A stretch of DNA of 40,484 nucleotides from Promethearchaeota archaeon (GTDB taxonomy: Archaea; Asgardarchaeota; Lokiarchaeia; Sigyniarchaeales; SOKP01). The position numbers were made by a program, and so were the translations under genes. The notes beneath the pieces were generated by a model. That model worked only from the letters and a program-made list of their open reading frames with translations, searched no databases and was not told the origin of the DNA. Shown here one piece after another: positions 17,056-26,916 of this stretch. Location of the stretch: positions 1-40,484 of the forward strand of contig JBHLME010000028.1 of NCBI GenBank assembly GCA_048938445.1, written 5' to 3'. Numbering within the stretch: position 1 is the first letter of the stretch; each line of letters begins with the position of its first letter.

Positions 17056-18078
17056 TCATATAATTTGACTTATTACTTGTTTTATGGTATTATCTTCAAC
17101 GAATTTCTCGAGTTCTTGAAGACTTTCAGGCATTCCCTCTCTTACACCAACTTCTTTGCATTCTAGAAAAGACATTGCTGTTGCCATCTTACTAATTTTC
17201 TCAAGAGGATATTTGTTTAAGTATGAAACGAGGATTCCACTTAAAAATGCATCCCCTGCTCCTGTAGTATCTTGAACGTCACCTTTATAGACCGCACTGT
17301 TGACAATAGTTTTTCCATCAGAAATAATTGAACCGTTAGTGCCATCTGTAATTGAAATTAATTTAACACCTAAGTTTAAAAATTTATGTATAATTTGTGA
17401 CGTATCTACTTTACCGGTAAATTCTTGAGCTTCTTCTTTATTTAGTGACACTACGTCTGAATTGCCAATCAAGATTTTTGCCCATTTATAATTATTTTTT
17501 ATTATGGACATGCTAGGAGCAGCAAATACTATTCCGTTATTGTTTTTTGTGAGTGTAATAGCTTTTTCTATAGCTTTACAACCATTTTCACTAGTTAATG
17601 AAGTCCACGCAAAGGCTTTTATTCCTTCAAAAATATGTTCTTTTACATCAGAAGGTTGTAATAAGTTATTAGCTCCTTTATATGCTAGTATACTCCTATC
17701 TTTCCCCCATTCTGTTCGTAAAATTACTGAAAATGCTGTATTATCTTGACCTGTTTGAATGACATTAGATAAATCCACACCTCGCTTTTTTAAATCTTCT
17801 ATACATATATTTGCGGAGAAATCTTGTCCTAAAATACCAATATAAGCAGATTTTAATCCAACCATTGAACAATTTGCTGCGATATTTGCAGCTGAACCTC
17901 CTGGAACGAATGTTACGCCTTGAATATTTAATTTTCGACTATATTCTATGGCAGTATACTTTTTAATGATTTGTTCTCCATTTTTATCTCTATCAAACAA
18001 TTCGAATCGTAAGATATCATTTATATTTATCATGCAATCAAGAGTGCATGAACCAATAGTAATTAGATCTAAACTCAT
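17056..18078 (-). CDS. PfkB-family carbohydrate kinase
   Basis: PGGSAANIA, G.LGQD, LNKEEA, ITDGTNGS, DTTGAGDAFLSG; ATG 18078 follows GAGTGA. Confidence 0.92.
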   Translation of the reverse strand: MSLDLITIGSCTLDCMININDILRFELFDRDKNGEQIIKKYTAIEYSRKLNIQGVTFVPGGSAANIAANCSMVGLKSAYIGILGQDFSANICIEDLKKRGVDLSNVIQTGQDNTAFSVILRTEWGKDRSILAYKGANNLLQPSDVKEHIFEGIKAFAWTSLTSENGCKAIEKAITLTKNNNGIVFAAPSMSIIKNNYKWAKILIGNSDVVSLNKEEAQEFTGKVDTSQIIHKFLNLGVKLISITDGTNGSIISDGKTIVNSAVYKGDVQDTTGAGDAFLSGILVSYLNKYPLEKISKMATAMSFLECKEVGVREGMPESLQELEKFVEDNTIKQVISQII

Positions 18079-18307
18079 ATTCCTCACTCTATTATAAAAG
18101 TGTGATTAATCATCTGAATAAATTAAAAATAGAACCTACCATTAAAATAACTTTGCTAAAGTTTTTAATCTACTTAGCTCAAATATTTTTTAAATCTAGT
18201 AAGGTCAAAAAAGTAAAATAACACTTTCATAGAGAAAGGATTGTTTTAAATACAAAAAATCTCTATTTCTAAGAAGTGAAAAGTGAAAAATGAAAAATTT
18301 AAAGTCT

Positions 18308-18934
18308 TTAATCTTGTTTGAGCCTGTCTAATTCTTTCTCGAGTTCGCTTATTCTTCCTTCAGGGACGACACTAGGCAATGCGCCCCCCATTTCTACTTG
18401 AAGTTCAGCATCAATTTCGCCTAAAAAGCTTTTGACATCAGAATCAGTCACAGCTGTTTCCATAGCTACGTTTCCTACGCCCTCTGAAGCGATTTCTTGT
18501 CCAACATCGAAGTCAGAAACATCCATTTCAAGATTTTTCATTACTTCGGTTAATTCAGGAAGTGATAACTCATTTTTTAATTGAGCCAAGGATCCTTGAA
18601 TATCCCCCATAATTCCTGCTACATCTTTTATAGCTGATGCTTGTTCTAATTTAAATTGTAATCCCTCTAGATTAGATCTAAAAGTATCGATGGCTGTTGC
18701 TTGTTTTTTGACTTGTAGGTAATTTCTTGCTTGATTTTCCGATCCTTGCTTGTCACCTTCTTGCCTCATTTTTACGGCTTTATCTCGAGCTTGTTGTGCG
18801 GTTATTTCTAATTTTCTTGATTGCCTTAACAGTCTTTTATTGAAGACTTTTAATTTAATAGCAGCAGCACGAACAGTATCAGGTTTTTTCTTTCCGCCAC
18901 TTAACCATTTTGATAAATCCTTAAGAAAACCCAT
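18308..18934 (-). CDS. ESCRT-III Snf7-family protein (Vps2/24/46-like)
   Basis: Amphipathic N-terminal helix MGFLKDLSKWLSGG, basic helical hairpin (LLRQSRKLE...GDKQGS...AR), acidic C-half, MIM1-like C-terminus ISELEKELDRLK; divergent from vps4. Confidence 0.88.
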   Translation of the reverse strand: MGFLKDLSKWLSGGKKKPDTVRAAAIKLKVFNKRLLRQSRKLEITAQQARDKAVKMRQEGDKQGSENQARNYLQVKKQATAIDTFRSNLEGLQFKLEQASAIKDVAGIMGDIQGSLAQLKNELSLPELTEVMKNLEMDVSDFDVGQEIASEGVGNVAMETAVTDSDVKSFLGEIDAELQVEMGGALPSVVPEGRISELEKELDRLKQD

Positions 18935-19149
18935 AAATATTCATCTAATAATGTTTGTTTTATAGTATATATATAAACACATAGTTATAAAATTAATTGG
19001 AGTCCATTAATTATAACATGATAATGAAGAACTTTCAACTTTAAATAAATTTGGATTAGATTAATTTTTTATAGTAAAAATATGATTTATTTAATAACAT
19101 TATTTTACTTTATAATAAATATCAAGTTTACTCATAGGTAATATAAAAC

Positions 19150-20376
19150 ATGTCATCATTTGATAGTAAATTATACAAATTCGCCGTTGAGACTGCTAGG
19201 GAGGCGGTTGTTTTGGATAGACAAGGTAAATATCAGCAAGCGTATAATAAATATATGAGAGCTGCTGAAATTTTGATTAAATTCATGAAGTTTAGTAATA
19301 ATAAAGAGATGAACGAATTATGCCGAAAAAATAGTCAGGATTATATTGATCGAGCTAAAATTTTAAAATCCAAGATAGGTGGATCCCGTTCGAGACCAGT
19401 AAAAGCCGCACCTTCAGAAGAATCTAGTCACCCAATGGACGATAAATTAAAATCTGAAGGAGGGCAATATTCAGAAGAAGAACAAGAATTAATAGATTCT
19501 ATCTCCGGAACAATCGTAACTGAATCTCCTGATATACAATGGAGTGATATAGCTGGTTTAGAAAATTGTAAGCAAATATTAAGAGAAGCAATCGTCTTAC
19601 CATTAATAAAACCAGAATTATTCACCGGTAAAAGAAAACCATGGTCGGGGATTTTATTATTTGGACCTCCAGGTTGTGGAAAAACATTATTAGCGAAAGC
19701 TGCTGCAACAGAATGCAAAGCTACATTTTTTAGTGCATCTTCGGCAGATCTATTAAGTAAATGGTTAGGAGAAAGCGAAAAATTAATCAGCTCTTTATTC
19801 AAAGTTGCAAGAATAAGAGCACCAAGTTTAATTTTCATTGATGAAATTGATTCTGTTGCCACTTCAAGAGGAGGTGGTACTGAGAGTAGTGGTGAACGAC
19901 GTGTAAAAACACAGCTTCTAAGTGAAATACAAGGCTTAAAGACGAGTGAAAGGCAGCGAATTTTAACATTAGGTGCAACAAATCGACCATGGGATATTGA
20001 TGATGCCATGTTAAGTAGATTTCAAAAAAAAGTGCATGTTCCTCTTCCGGATTTAGAGGCGCGATCAGCTATCTTCATAATTGAAACAAAAGGCGTTGAG
20101 ATGGATTTAGAAGAAGATGATTTTATTGAATTAGGTGTAAGATCAGAAGGATATTCCGGACGAGATATTTCAAATGTATGCCAAGAAGTAATTATGCTTC
20201 CAATTAGAGAATTAGATATGAGTGGATTATTGGAAAATTCCAATCAGGAAATTTCTCTAAGATCAATTAATATTGATGATTTTAAAAAAACCATTAAAAA
20301 AATAAAACCAATGACAACTGGTAGCTCTTTAAAGAAGTATGTGGAATGGGCTGACGAGTACGGAGAGACCACATAA
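19150..20376 (+). CDS. vps4: Vps4-like AAA+ ATPase with N-terminal MIT domain
   Basis: MIT (A...AREAVVLDRQGKYQQAY..Y), I.WSDIAGL, GPPGCGKT, SKWLGESEK, FIDEIDS, GATNRPWDID, Vps4_C-like KKYVEWADEYG. Confidence 0.93.
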   Translation: MSSFDSKLYKFAVETAREAVVLDRQGKYQQAYNKYMRAAEILIKFMKFSNNKEMNELCRKNSQDYIDRAKILKSKIGGSRSRPVKAAPSEESSHPMDDKLKSEGGQYSEEEQELIDSISGTIVTESPDIQWSDIAGLENCKQILREAIVLPLIKPELFTGKRKPWSGILLFGPPGCGKTLLAKAAATECKATFFSASSADLLSKWLGESEKLISSLFKVARIRAPSLIFIDEIDSVATSRGGGTESSGERRVKTQLLSEIQGLKTSERQRILTLGATNRPWDIDDAMLSRFQKKVHVPLPDLEARSAIFIIETKGVEMDLEEDDFIELGVRSEGYSGRDISNVCQEVIMLPIRELDMSGLLENSNQEISLRSINIDDFKKTIKKIKPMTTGSSLKKYVEWADEYGETT

Positions 20377-20398
20377 AAAAAAAAAGGAAAATGGTAAA

Positions 20399-21307
20399 AT
20401 GGAAAAACAAAGAGAAAAACCAAAAGAAAAGGACAAGGAATTAATTGAGTTACAAAAAGAACTCCAAAGATTAAGAGAATTAAAGAGACAAAAAGAATTA
20501 AAAGCTTTAGAGGAGAGAAAAGCTCTAGAAGCCCAAGAAAAAGAGCAAATTCAAAAGAGTGAAGAATATCATCCTCAAGAACCGAGTACTGAAGCTGAAA
20601 CCGAAGATGATGTTGAAAATAGATTGAATAAAATTAGTGATTTCATAACACATAGTTTGGGTGATATAGATGATCAAACATATGCAGAACATTCTGGGGC
20701 TATAGAATCTGAGCTACAAAGATTAGAAAAAGAGATAATTGGAGAAGCGGGATTAATCGAAAAAGAATTATCTCCTTATGAAAAAATTGTAGAAGCTTAC
20801 CCATGGCTGGAAGAAAAACGATATGAATTCATGTATACGATTCCACATCATAAAAAAAATCTAAATGATTATCAATCATGGCGAAAGGAATGGTCAAAAG
20901 TATTTTTTGATTATGCGAGATATGCAATTCTTCATATTATTTATATAAAGCAAATAGCTGCAGAAAAACCATTCTCAAAATTTGAAGACCGCCAGAAAGC
21001 AATAAAGGAAATTGCAGATGAATTGGTCACGCAAGGAATTGCGAAATTTTTAACTAAAAAACAAGAGATATTAAGAGTATATTGGAAGTCTCTTGATAGC
21101 TGGGCAGATGAGATATATAATTGGGCATATGATTTGGGTAAATTAGATCCGATAATGCTATTTGAGATAAGAGATGCTAAGTTGGAATTCAGCACGCTTC
21201 CTAAGGAAGATTTAGAAGAAATTTTTAATATATTAGCACGAAATCAAAAAGCTAAAGTATTAAAACTTGAAGAAGGTCAAATAGCATTAAAAATAAAATT
21301 AGAATGA
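20399..21307 (+). CDS. ESCRT-II Vps25-like protein with long charged N-terminal extension
   Basis: FMYTIP...WRKEWSKVFFDY, VYWKSLDSWADEIYNWA, F..LPKE.LEEIFNIL resemble Vps25 tandem winged helices; ATG 20399 preferred. Confidence 0.8.
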   Translation: MEKQREKPKEKDKELIELQKELQRLRELKRQKELKALEERKALEAQEKEQIQKSEEYHPQEPSTEAETEDDVENRLNKISDFITHSLGDIDDQTYAEHSGAIESELQRLEKEIIGEAGLIEKELSPYEKIVEAYPWLEEKRYEFMYTIPHHKKNLNDYQSWRKEWSKVFFDYARYAILHIIYIKQIAAEKPFSKFEDRQKAIKEIADELVTQGIAKFLTKKQEILRVYWKSLDSWADEIYNWAYDLGKLDPIMLFEIRDAKLEFSTLPKEDLEEIFNILARNQKAKVLKLEEGQIALKIKLE

Positions 21308-21323
21308 ATATTTTCTGCTTTTT

Positions 21324-22037
21324 TTATATTGAAGGAAATGACCATTGTTTTCCTTTTAATAGTGATTCAGTATATTTAGCAGCTCCAGATTCCTCAAGAG
21401 AGTTTAATGCTCTTAATGCTCGATCTTGGGACCAATCTAGTGTAGTACAAACCTCTTCTAATGAAACATATCCTTTTTCTTTGGCTAAATCCATTATTTT
21501 TACCTGATCACTTGTATATTGAATTGGAAAAAAGTGTATGAATAGTGCACCTGATTCTAATTGCTTAATATCCTCAATAACATTGGTTTTTTTCAAGATT
21601 CTCATTGATTTAGTTAAATCCCTGATATCAAAGTTATTCTTCAGACTTCCAGTATTTACTAAGTCAAAAACTTCTGAAATTGGCACTATTCCCCCAGTTT
21701 CTTCTTTATGCATTAAAACTCTCTGATATGCTAACATGCCTAGTTTCTCAAGATCAATTTTATTTTTTGCATCAAATACATCGTTTTCTTTAATCTGCTC
21801 TGTTATGATTCGTGATGTAGGAATGTTATATTTTTCCCTTAATGTTTTAACCTCTTGTTTCAATTCAGGAGTTAGTGCTAAAATAACGCCGTGCTTTTTT
21901 GCTAAATCAATAAGTCTCTCTTTAGTGAAATTTTCTGCAGATGCTTTAGCTTTAATCTCTTTTATTCTTAATTCTGCTGCTCTTTTGCGCATTGCTTCTT
22001 TTAGATCAATATCATCTTCAATTTTTCGAATACCCAT
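21324..22037 (-). CDS. ESCRT-II Vps22/Vps36-like (EAP30 domain) protein
   Basis: MGIRKI start, TGGIVPISEV, DLTKSMRIL, DQVKIMDLA...GYVS...LDWSQDRALRALNSLEESG. Confidence 0.82.
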   Translation of the reverse strand: MGIRKIEDDIDLKEAMRKRAAELRIKEIKAKASAENFTKERLIDLAKKHGVILALTPELKQEVKTLREKYNIPTSRIITEQIKENDVFDAKNKIDLEKLGMLAYQRVLMHKEETGGIVPISEVFDLVNTGSLKNNFDIRDLTKSMRILKKTNVIEDIKQLESGALFIHFFPIQYTSDQVKIMDLAKEKGYVSLEEVCTTLDWSQDRALRALNSLEESGAAKYTESLLKGKQWSFPSI

Positions 22038-22116
22038 ACTATTGATAAAATCTATTAATTTATTTTCTTACTGATTATATAATAATTATCCCTTTTTTAG
22101 TTTATTTTTATCGATA

Positions 22117-22698
22117 ATGAATAAAATAAGAAATTTTAGAAAAATAAATCAAATTGAAAGGAAGATTGTCCATTCTTCACTTTTGAAGATGTCCCCAAAA
22201 ATAATTTCATTTTTAAATGAAATTCGGTTTGAATTATTTATTGAATTAATTAATTCGAGCTCTAATGGTAAATTTCCCTTGATTTATTTAGTCCCAAGTG
22301 AAATTATTGAGATTATCAATAAAATTCAGTTTGAGAATAATATTAAATCTTCAGGTTTATATTTTGGAATGATAAAAAAAGGGGATTTTTACATAAGCTT
22401 AGAAGCTGTAGAATTTTTGGATTCATTTGACTGTTTCCCCGATAAAAGTAAAGTACAAGTTAATAATGAAGGGGAAAAATCAATACTTTATGGAAATCAA
22501 ATTTTAAAAAAAGATATTTTAAAAATTTCACCCAAATTAACGAAAGATGAGTTTTTATTAATTTTCAATGAGTCTAACGAAATAATTGCTATTGCAAAAT
22601 CTAAAGTGAATTATTTGGAAAGCAAGCAACTTGAACCCAATGGAATTATCGCTCTTAATTTAGTAGATAAAGGATATTATTTGAGAAGACAATCCTAA
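22117..22698 (+). CDS. Nip7-like PUA-domain ribosome biogenesis protein
   Basis: FR.IN..E start, GLYFG, ISLEA, GEKSILYGNQI, D.GYYLR C-terminus. Confidence 0.82.
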   Translation: MNKIRNFRKINQIERKIVHSSLLKMSPKIISFLNEIRFELFIELINSSSNGKFPLIYLVPSEIIEIINKIQFENNIKSSGLYFGMIKKGDFYISLEAVEFLDSFDCFPDKSKVQVNNEGEKSILYGNQILKKDILKISPKLTKDEFLLIFNESNEIIAIAKSKVNYLESKQLEPNGIIALNLVDKGYYLRRQS

Positions 22699-22739
22699 TA
22701 TTTGTTAATTATATTAGATTAAATCTAAAGTGCTAAATT

Positions 22740-23702
22740 TTAGCTTTTTTCTAATAAACATAGAAAAAATCCGATAGTTTCATGAATATGAGGATATATT
22801 CTTTGAGTAAGATTTAAAGATTTGTTTAACTTCTTTCCATACACTTTTGTTAATCCTTCGATTCCATATTGATTTGATAGTTTTTTAATTGAAATGTCCG
22901 AATTTTCTTGTAAAATTTTATTGATTACTAATTCATTTTCTTCTGGAGCTATAGAACAGGTGCAATATAGCATAAGCCCTCCAGAGTGCATTGCATCTAA
23001 TCCTGCGTTTAATAATTTTGTTTGTAATGAAGCCATTTTTTCTATATCTTTCATGGTTTTACTTTTTTTCCTATTTGGATCGGTTTTAATTAATCCTTCG
23101 CCAGTACAGGGTGCATCTAAAAGTATTTTATCAGGTTTGATTTTAAAATGGGAAATGTTTACTGCATCACTATGAAGAACAACAGAATTAAAGATACCCA
23201 TTCTTCTCAAGTTCATCTTTAATGCAGAAATTCTTTCTTTTTTTTTTTCTATCAGAATTAATTTTCCTTGGTTGTTCATTATTTGTGCTAGATGTGTTGA
23301 TTTACTCCCTGGTGCCGCACACATATCGATTACAACTTCATTAGATTGTGGATTCAGAATCAATGGAGGGAGCATTGATGCTTTATTCTGAAGATAGTAA
23401 TATCCTTGCAAAAATTCATGAAGTGATCCTAAATTACTGGTTTTTTTAATTACTTTAAATCCACATGGAATTTCTATAATTGGTTCTAATTTAAAACCTT
23501 TTTTTTCCAATCTAGTTCTTAATTTATCTTGTGAAATTTTCAAGGTATTTACTCGTATAGTTGGTATCAAAGGTTCCTCGTTAGCTTCTAATAATTTGAT
23601 AGTTTCATCTAATCCTAAAAAATCAAGATATCTCTCAATCATATATGGCAAATATCCATATTTTTCTGAAAGTTCCTTAACTTCATAGTCATCTTGAGAG
23701 AT
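22740..23702 (-). CDS. RsmB/NOL1/NOP2/Sun RNA m5C methyltransferase; homologous N-terminus extends 17 codons upstream of the TTG at 23651
   Basis: IRVNTLK, DMCAAPGSKST, LLDAPCTGEG, YCTCS..PEENE, GFF; upstream in-frame ISQDDYEVKELSEKYGYLPYMIERY; function confident, start uncertain. Confidence 0.9.
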   Translation of the reverse strand: MSQDDYEVKELSEKYGYLPYMIERYLDFLGLDETIKLLEANEEPLIPTIRVNTLKISQDKLRTRLEKKGFKLEPIIEIPCGFKVIKKTSNLGSLHEFLQGYYYLQNKASMLPPLILNPQSNEVVIDMCAAPGSKSTHLAQIMNNQGKLILIEKKKERISALKMNLRRMGIFNSVVLHSDAVNISHFKIKPDKILLDAPCTGEGLIKTDPNRKKSKTMKDIEKMASLQTKLLNAGLDAMHSGGLMLYCTCSIAPEENELVINKILQENSDISIKKLSNQYGIEGLTKVYGKKLNKSLNLTQRIYPHIHETIGFFLCLLEKS

Positions 23703-23797
23703 TAGCTTTCAACTCCATTTAAATCCGCTAGTAATTAATATAAATAAATAGAAACTTAATAATAATTATTATCTTTAATTTTAAATAACAATTTAGT

Positions 23798-24403
23798 ATG
23801 ATTGAAGTCGAAATAAAAGTCTTGATTAACAATCCAGATGAAATTAGAAAACAATTTGAACTTAAACAAGGACTTTATAAGTGTTCCTTAATTCACGAAG
23901 ATACTTATTATAACATGCCTCGCGGATTAAGAGACTTCAGAAAATCAGATGAAGCATTAAGAATTCGTAAATCAGTTGAGTTTAATAAACATGAGGAAAT
24001 TCCTAATAAAAAAACTAAGTATTATTTAACTTATAAGGGTGCAAAATTTAATAAAGAAACAAAAACAAGAAAAGAATTAGAATCTTTGATACAAGATGGA
24101 GAAAAGATTAAAGAAATATTAAATTTATTAGGATTTAGAAAAATATTTACCGTAAAAAAGGAAAGGGAATTATTCTTTCTAACATTTAAAAATCATCAAA
24201 TCGAAGCTTTAATAGATTTCATTCCCATTTTAAAGCAATATTTTATTGAAGTTGAGTATCAAGCAGAAACTAAAGAGAGAATTAGTGAAGTTCAAGAAAT
24301 TCTCTTTAATTTCTTAGAATCTCTTGGTATAAAACGTGAGAGATCGATAATAAAGTCATATTTAGAGTTAATTGCAGAAAAAATAGGATTAAGAGAAAAA
24401 TAG
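23798..24403 (+). CDS. cyaB: CYTH-domain protein (class IV adenylate cyclase-like / triphosphate tunnel enzyme)
   Basis: MIEVEIK, EDTYY, DEALRIR, LTYKG, KTRKELE, VKKERE, FIEVE, SYLEL. Confidence 0.9.
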   Translation: MIEVEIKVLINNPDEIRKQFELKQGLYKCSLIHEDTYYNMPRGLRDFRKSDEALRIRKSVEFNKHEEIPNKKTKYYLTYKGAKFNKETKTRKELESLIQDGEKIKEILNLLGFRKIFTVKKERELFFLTFKNHQIEALIDFIPILKQYFIEVEYQAETKERISEVQEILFNFLESLGIKRERSIIKSYLELIAEKIGLREK

Positions 24404-24410
24404 AAATTAT

Positions 24411-25547
24411 CTATTTAATACTATTCTTTACTGTTTCATGATGGCAAAAAGTGATATTTCTGTTATCAGGAGTTATTAATTTTATTCCTTTTAATACCTC
24501 TACGGTGGATGCCAAAATCACCAAAGCTTCCTCATTTCCTATCAGTTCTACGTTATCTTCAACCCTGCAATTATCACCGATAATAGCCTTTTCAATTTTC
24601 ACGTTTTTTCCAATATAAGTCTTATCATATATCACAGAATCTCTGATTTTTGCACTACTTTCAATAAAGACATTATCTCCTATTATTGCATTTGGTCCTA
24701 TTTCACACCCATACCTTATCATTGCATGATCTCCAATTGTCACGGGAGGATTTATTGTAATATTTCCCTCATACTGAACATTATTAGAGATCAGATTCTC
24801 TTTTTTACCGTTCGCGTCTTTGATTAAAGAATTCATTAAAAGAATATTTCCTTCGAGTAAATCTTTTGGTTTACCTATATCACGCCAAATACCTTTAATA
24901 GAATAATTATATAGCTTGCCATCTCGTGCTAATTTTGGAAATACATCCTTTTCTATAGATACTTTTGTATTTGCATCTATAAATGAAAAGATTTCTGGTT
25001 CTAAGATATATATACCAGCATTTACAGGCATGGGAACTTGTTTTCCTTCAGGATGATTATATTTTTCTTTTTCTAGGAATTTCAAAATCTTCTCATTAGC
25101 ATTATCTACAATCAAAACACCATACCTCGAAGGATCCTGGACTACTTGACTGCCAATAGTAACGATCCCGCCAGTTTTTTTATGAAAGGTTAGCATTTCA
25201 TTGAATTCGAAATTTAATACCTCATCACCATTTATCATGAAAAAATTATCATCTCGTAGGTAATATTCTGCTAATTTTAAAGCACCGCCTGTCCCCATGG
25301 GTTTTTCTTCGTCAGTGTAATGAATTTTTATGCCTAATTCTGTACCATCTTTAAAATAATTTTTTAAAGCATCTGCCATGACACTTACTGCTAGTACTAT
25401 TTCTTTAACTCCCGCAGATTTTAAAAGTATCATTAATCTCTCAATTACTGGTTTGTTCACTACAGGAATTAACGTCTTGGGTAATGCACAGGTAAGAGGG
25501 CGTAATCTAGTGCCCCAACCACCAGATAGAATAATCGCTTTTGTCAT
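24411..25547 (-). CDS. NDP-sugar synthase (mannose-1-phosphate guanylyltransferase-like) with left-handed beta-helix
   Basis: KAIILSGGWGTRLRPLT..PK, GTGGAL, NGD, RYGV, FLEK, VNAGIY, WRDIGKP, hexapeptide repeats. Confidence 0.9.
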   Translation of the reverse strand: MTKAIILSGGWGTRLRPLTCALPKTLIPVVNKPVIERLMILLKSAGVKEIVLAVSVMADALKNYFKDGTELGIKIHYTDEEKPMGTGGALKLAEYYLRDDNFFMINGDEVLNFEFNEMLTFHKKTGGIVTIGSQVVQDPSRYGVLIVDNANEKILKFLEKEKYNHPEGKQVPMPVNAGIYILEPEIFSFIDANTKVSIEKDVFPKLARDGKLYNYSIKGIWRDIGKPKDLLEGNILLMNSLIKDANGKKENLISNNVQYEGNITINPPVTIGDHAMIRYGCEIGPNAIIGDNVFIESSAKIRDSVIYDKTYIGKNVKIEKAIIGDNCRVEDNVELIGNEEALVILASTVEVLKGIKLITPDNRNITFCHHETVKNSIK

Positions 25548-25801
25548 GAAAATCTTAAGTTATATATTTTTAATATTCAATGAAGGTAAAACATAAAAAA
25601 ATATTAATTATATATCATTTAAGACCCTTTATTAATTTAAACACTCATTTTGTCATTTTATAAATTATCATCAGAATTTTTAATAGACATGAAACCTATT
25701 AAGATAATATTACTATTAGAAGATTCTATATCTTTTCAAAAAAGAATTTATAATGTAATAAATTAAAATTATTCAAAAAAGAAAAAAATTAATGATCATT
25801 A

Positions 25802-26173
25802 ATGATATGTATTCACGGTTTAGATGATAACAATTGTCCAATTTGCCGAATTAATGCTTCAACAATTCCTAAAGATTCAATCAAGATCTATGAACTTCAT
25901 GTTAACGAATTAAAACCTTATTATCATGAATCAACATTAAAAGCAGATACAGTTGACAAGATTAACTCAAAAACAAATCGTCATAAATCATTATTAAAAA
26001 TGACGTCAATAAATCCCGTTCCCGAAGCTAAAACATTGAATGAACTACCAAATTTTGAAAATAAGATGTTTCAAGAGAGATTAAATGAATTAAGTTTTGA
26101 TAAATCAGACAAGATTAAACTTTTGAAAAAAATATCTCTTGAAAGCCCAGAATGGAAATTTGAAGAGAAATAA
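25802..26173 (+). CDS. Hypothetical protein with N-terminal CxH-x6-CxxC zinc-binding motif
   Basis: MICIHGLDDNNCPICR followed by a polar, likely disordered region. Confidence 0.7.
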   Translation: MICIHGLDDNNCPICRINASTIPKDSIKIYELHVNELKPYYHESTLKADTVDKINSKTNRHKSLLKMTSINPVPEAKTLNELPNFENKMFQERLNELSFDKSDKIKLLKKISLESPEWKFEEK

Positions 26174-26280
26174 AATTTTTTTTTGATATAGAAATACATT
26201 CTATTTATAATAGCTATAATTATAAATCTTTAAATCTTAATATAAAGATAAGTTTTTAATATATATTATGAGGTGGTTCC

Positions 26281-26916
26281 TTGCAGATTACGTGGTTAGG
26301 ACATGCTGCGTTCAAAATTAAAACAAATAATGGAAAAATAATCTTTTTAGATCCTTTTCAACTTTCTGAAGATGAAGAAAAAGCAGATATAATAATATCA
26401 ACTCATATCCATGGAGATCATTTTTCGAGATTAGATATTAAAAAGATTTTGAAAGAGGATACTTTCTTATTAGGTCCTAAAAGTGAAGAGGATAAACTGT
26501 CAAAATTAAATGGAAGAGGATTGAATTTAAACGAGCCGATGGAAATAGATGAAATAAAAATTGAATTAGTTCCTTCATATACAATAATAAGGGGCACCCA
26601 TCCTAAATCAAATGAATGGGCGGGTATTATAATTGAAGTTGAAGGTAAAAGAATATATCACGCAGGAGATACCGAACGCATTCCTGAAATGAAAGATCTC
26701 GCTCAAAAAAATATAACTGTAGCACTCCTACCTTGTGGAGGTCAATTTACCATGGATTTTGAAATGTCTACTGATTGTGCTCTTGATATTAAACCAGAAA
26801 TAGTAGTCCCAATGCATTCTTGGGGAGCAAATCTATCAGAATATAAAGAATTAATGGAGAGTAAAGATTCTAGCATTAAAGTTGAAATTTTAGAAAATAA
26901 ATTATTAGAAATTTAA
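26281..26916 (+). CDS. Metallo-beta-lactamase-fold hydrolase
   Basis: ITWLGHA.F, DPF, THIHGDH, IYHAGDT, VPMH; TTG start after GAGGTGG. Confidence 0.92.
   Translation: MQITWLGHAAFKIKTNNGKIIFLDPFQLSEDEEKADIIISTHIHGDHFSRLDIKKILKEDTFLLGPKSEEDKLSKLNGRGLNLNEPMEIDEIKIELVPSYTIIRGTHPKSNEWAGIIIEVEGKRIYHAGDTERIPEMKDLAQKNITVALLPCGGQFTMDFEMSTDCALDIKPEIVVPMHSWGANLSEYKELMESKDSSIKVEILENKLLEI

Noticed and set aside
20339-20398. Longer start of the Vps25-like gene overlapping vps4
   Set aside because: Runs through the vps4 stop and an A-tract; ATG 20399 is more plausible
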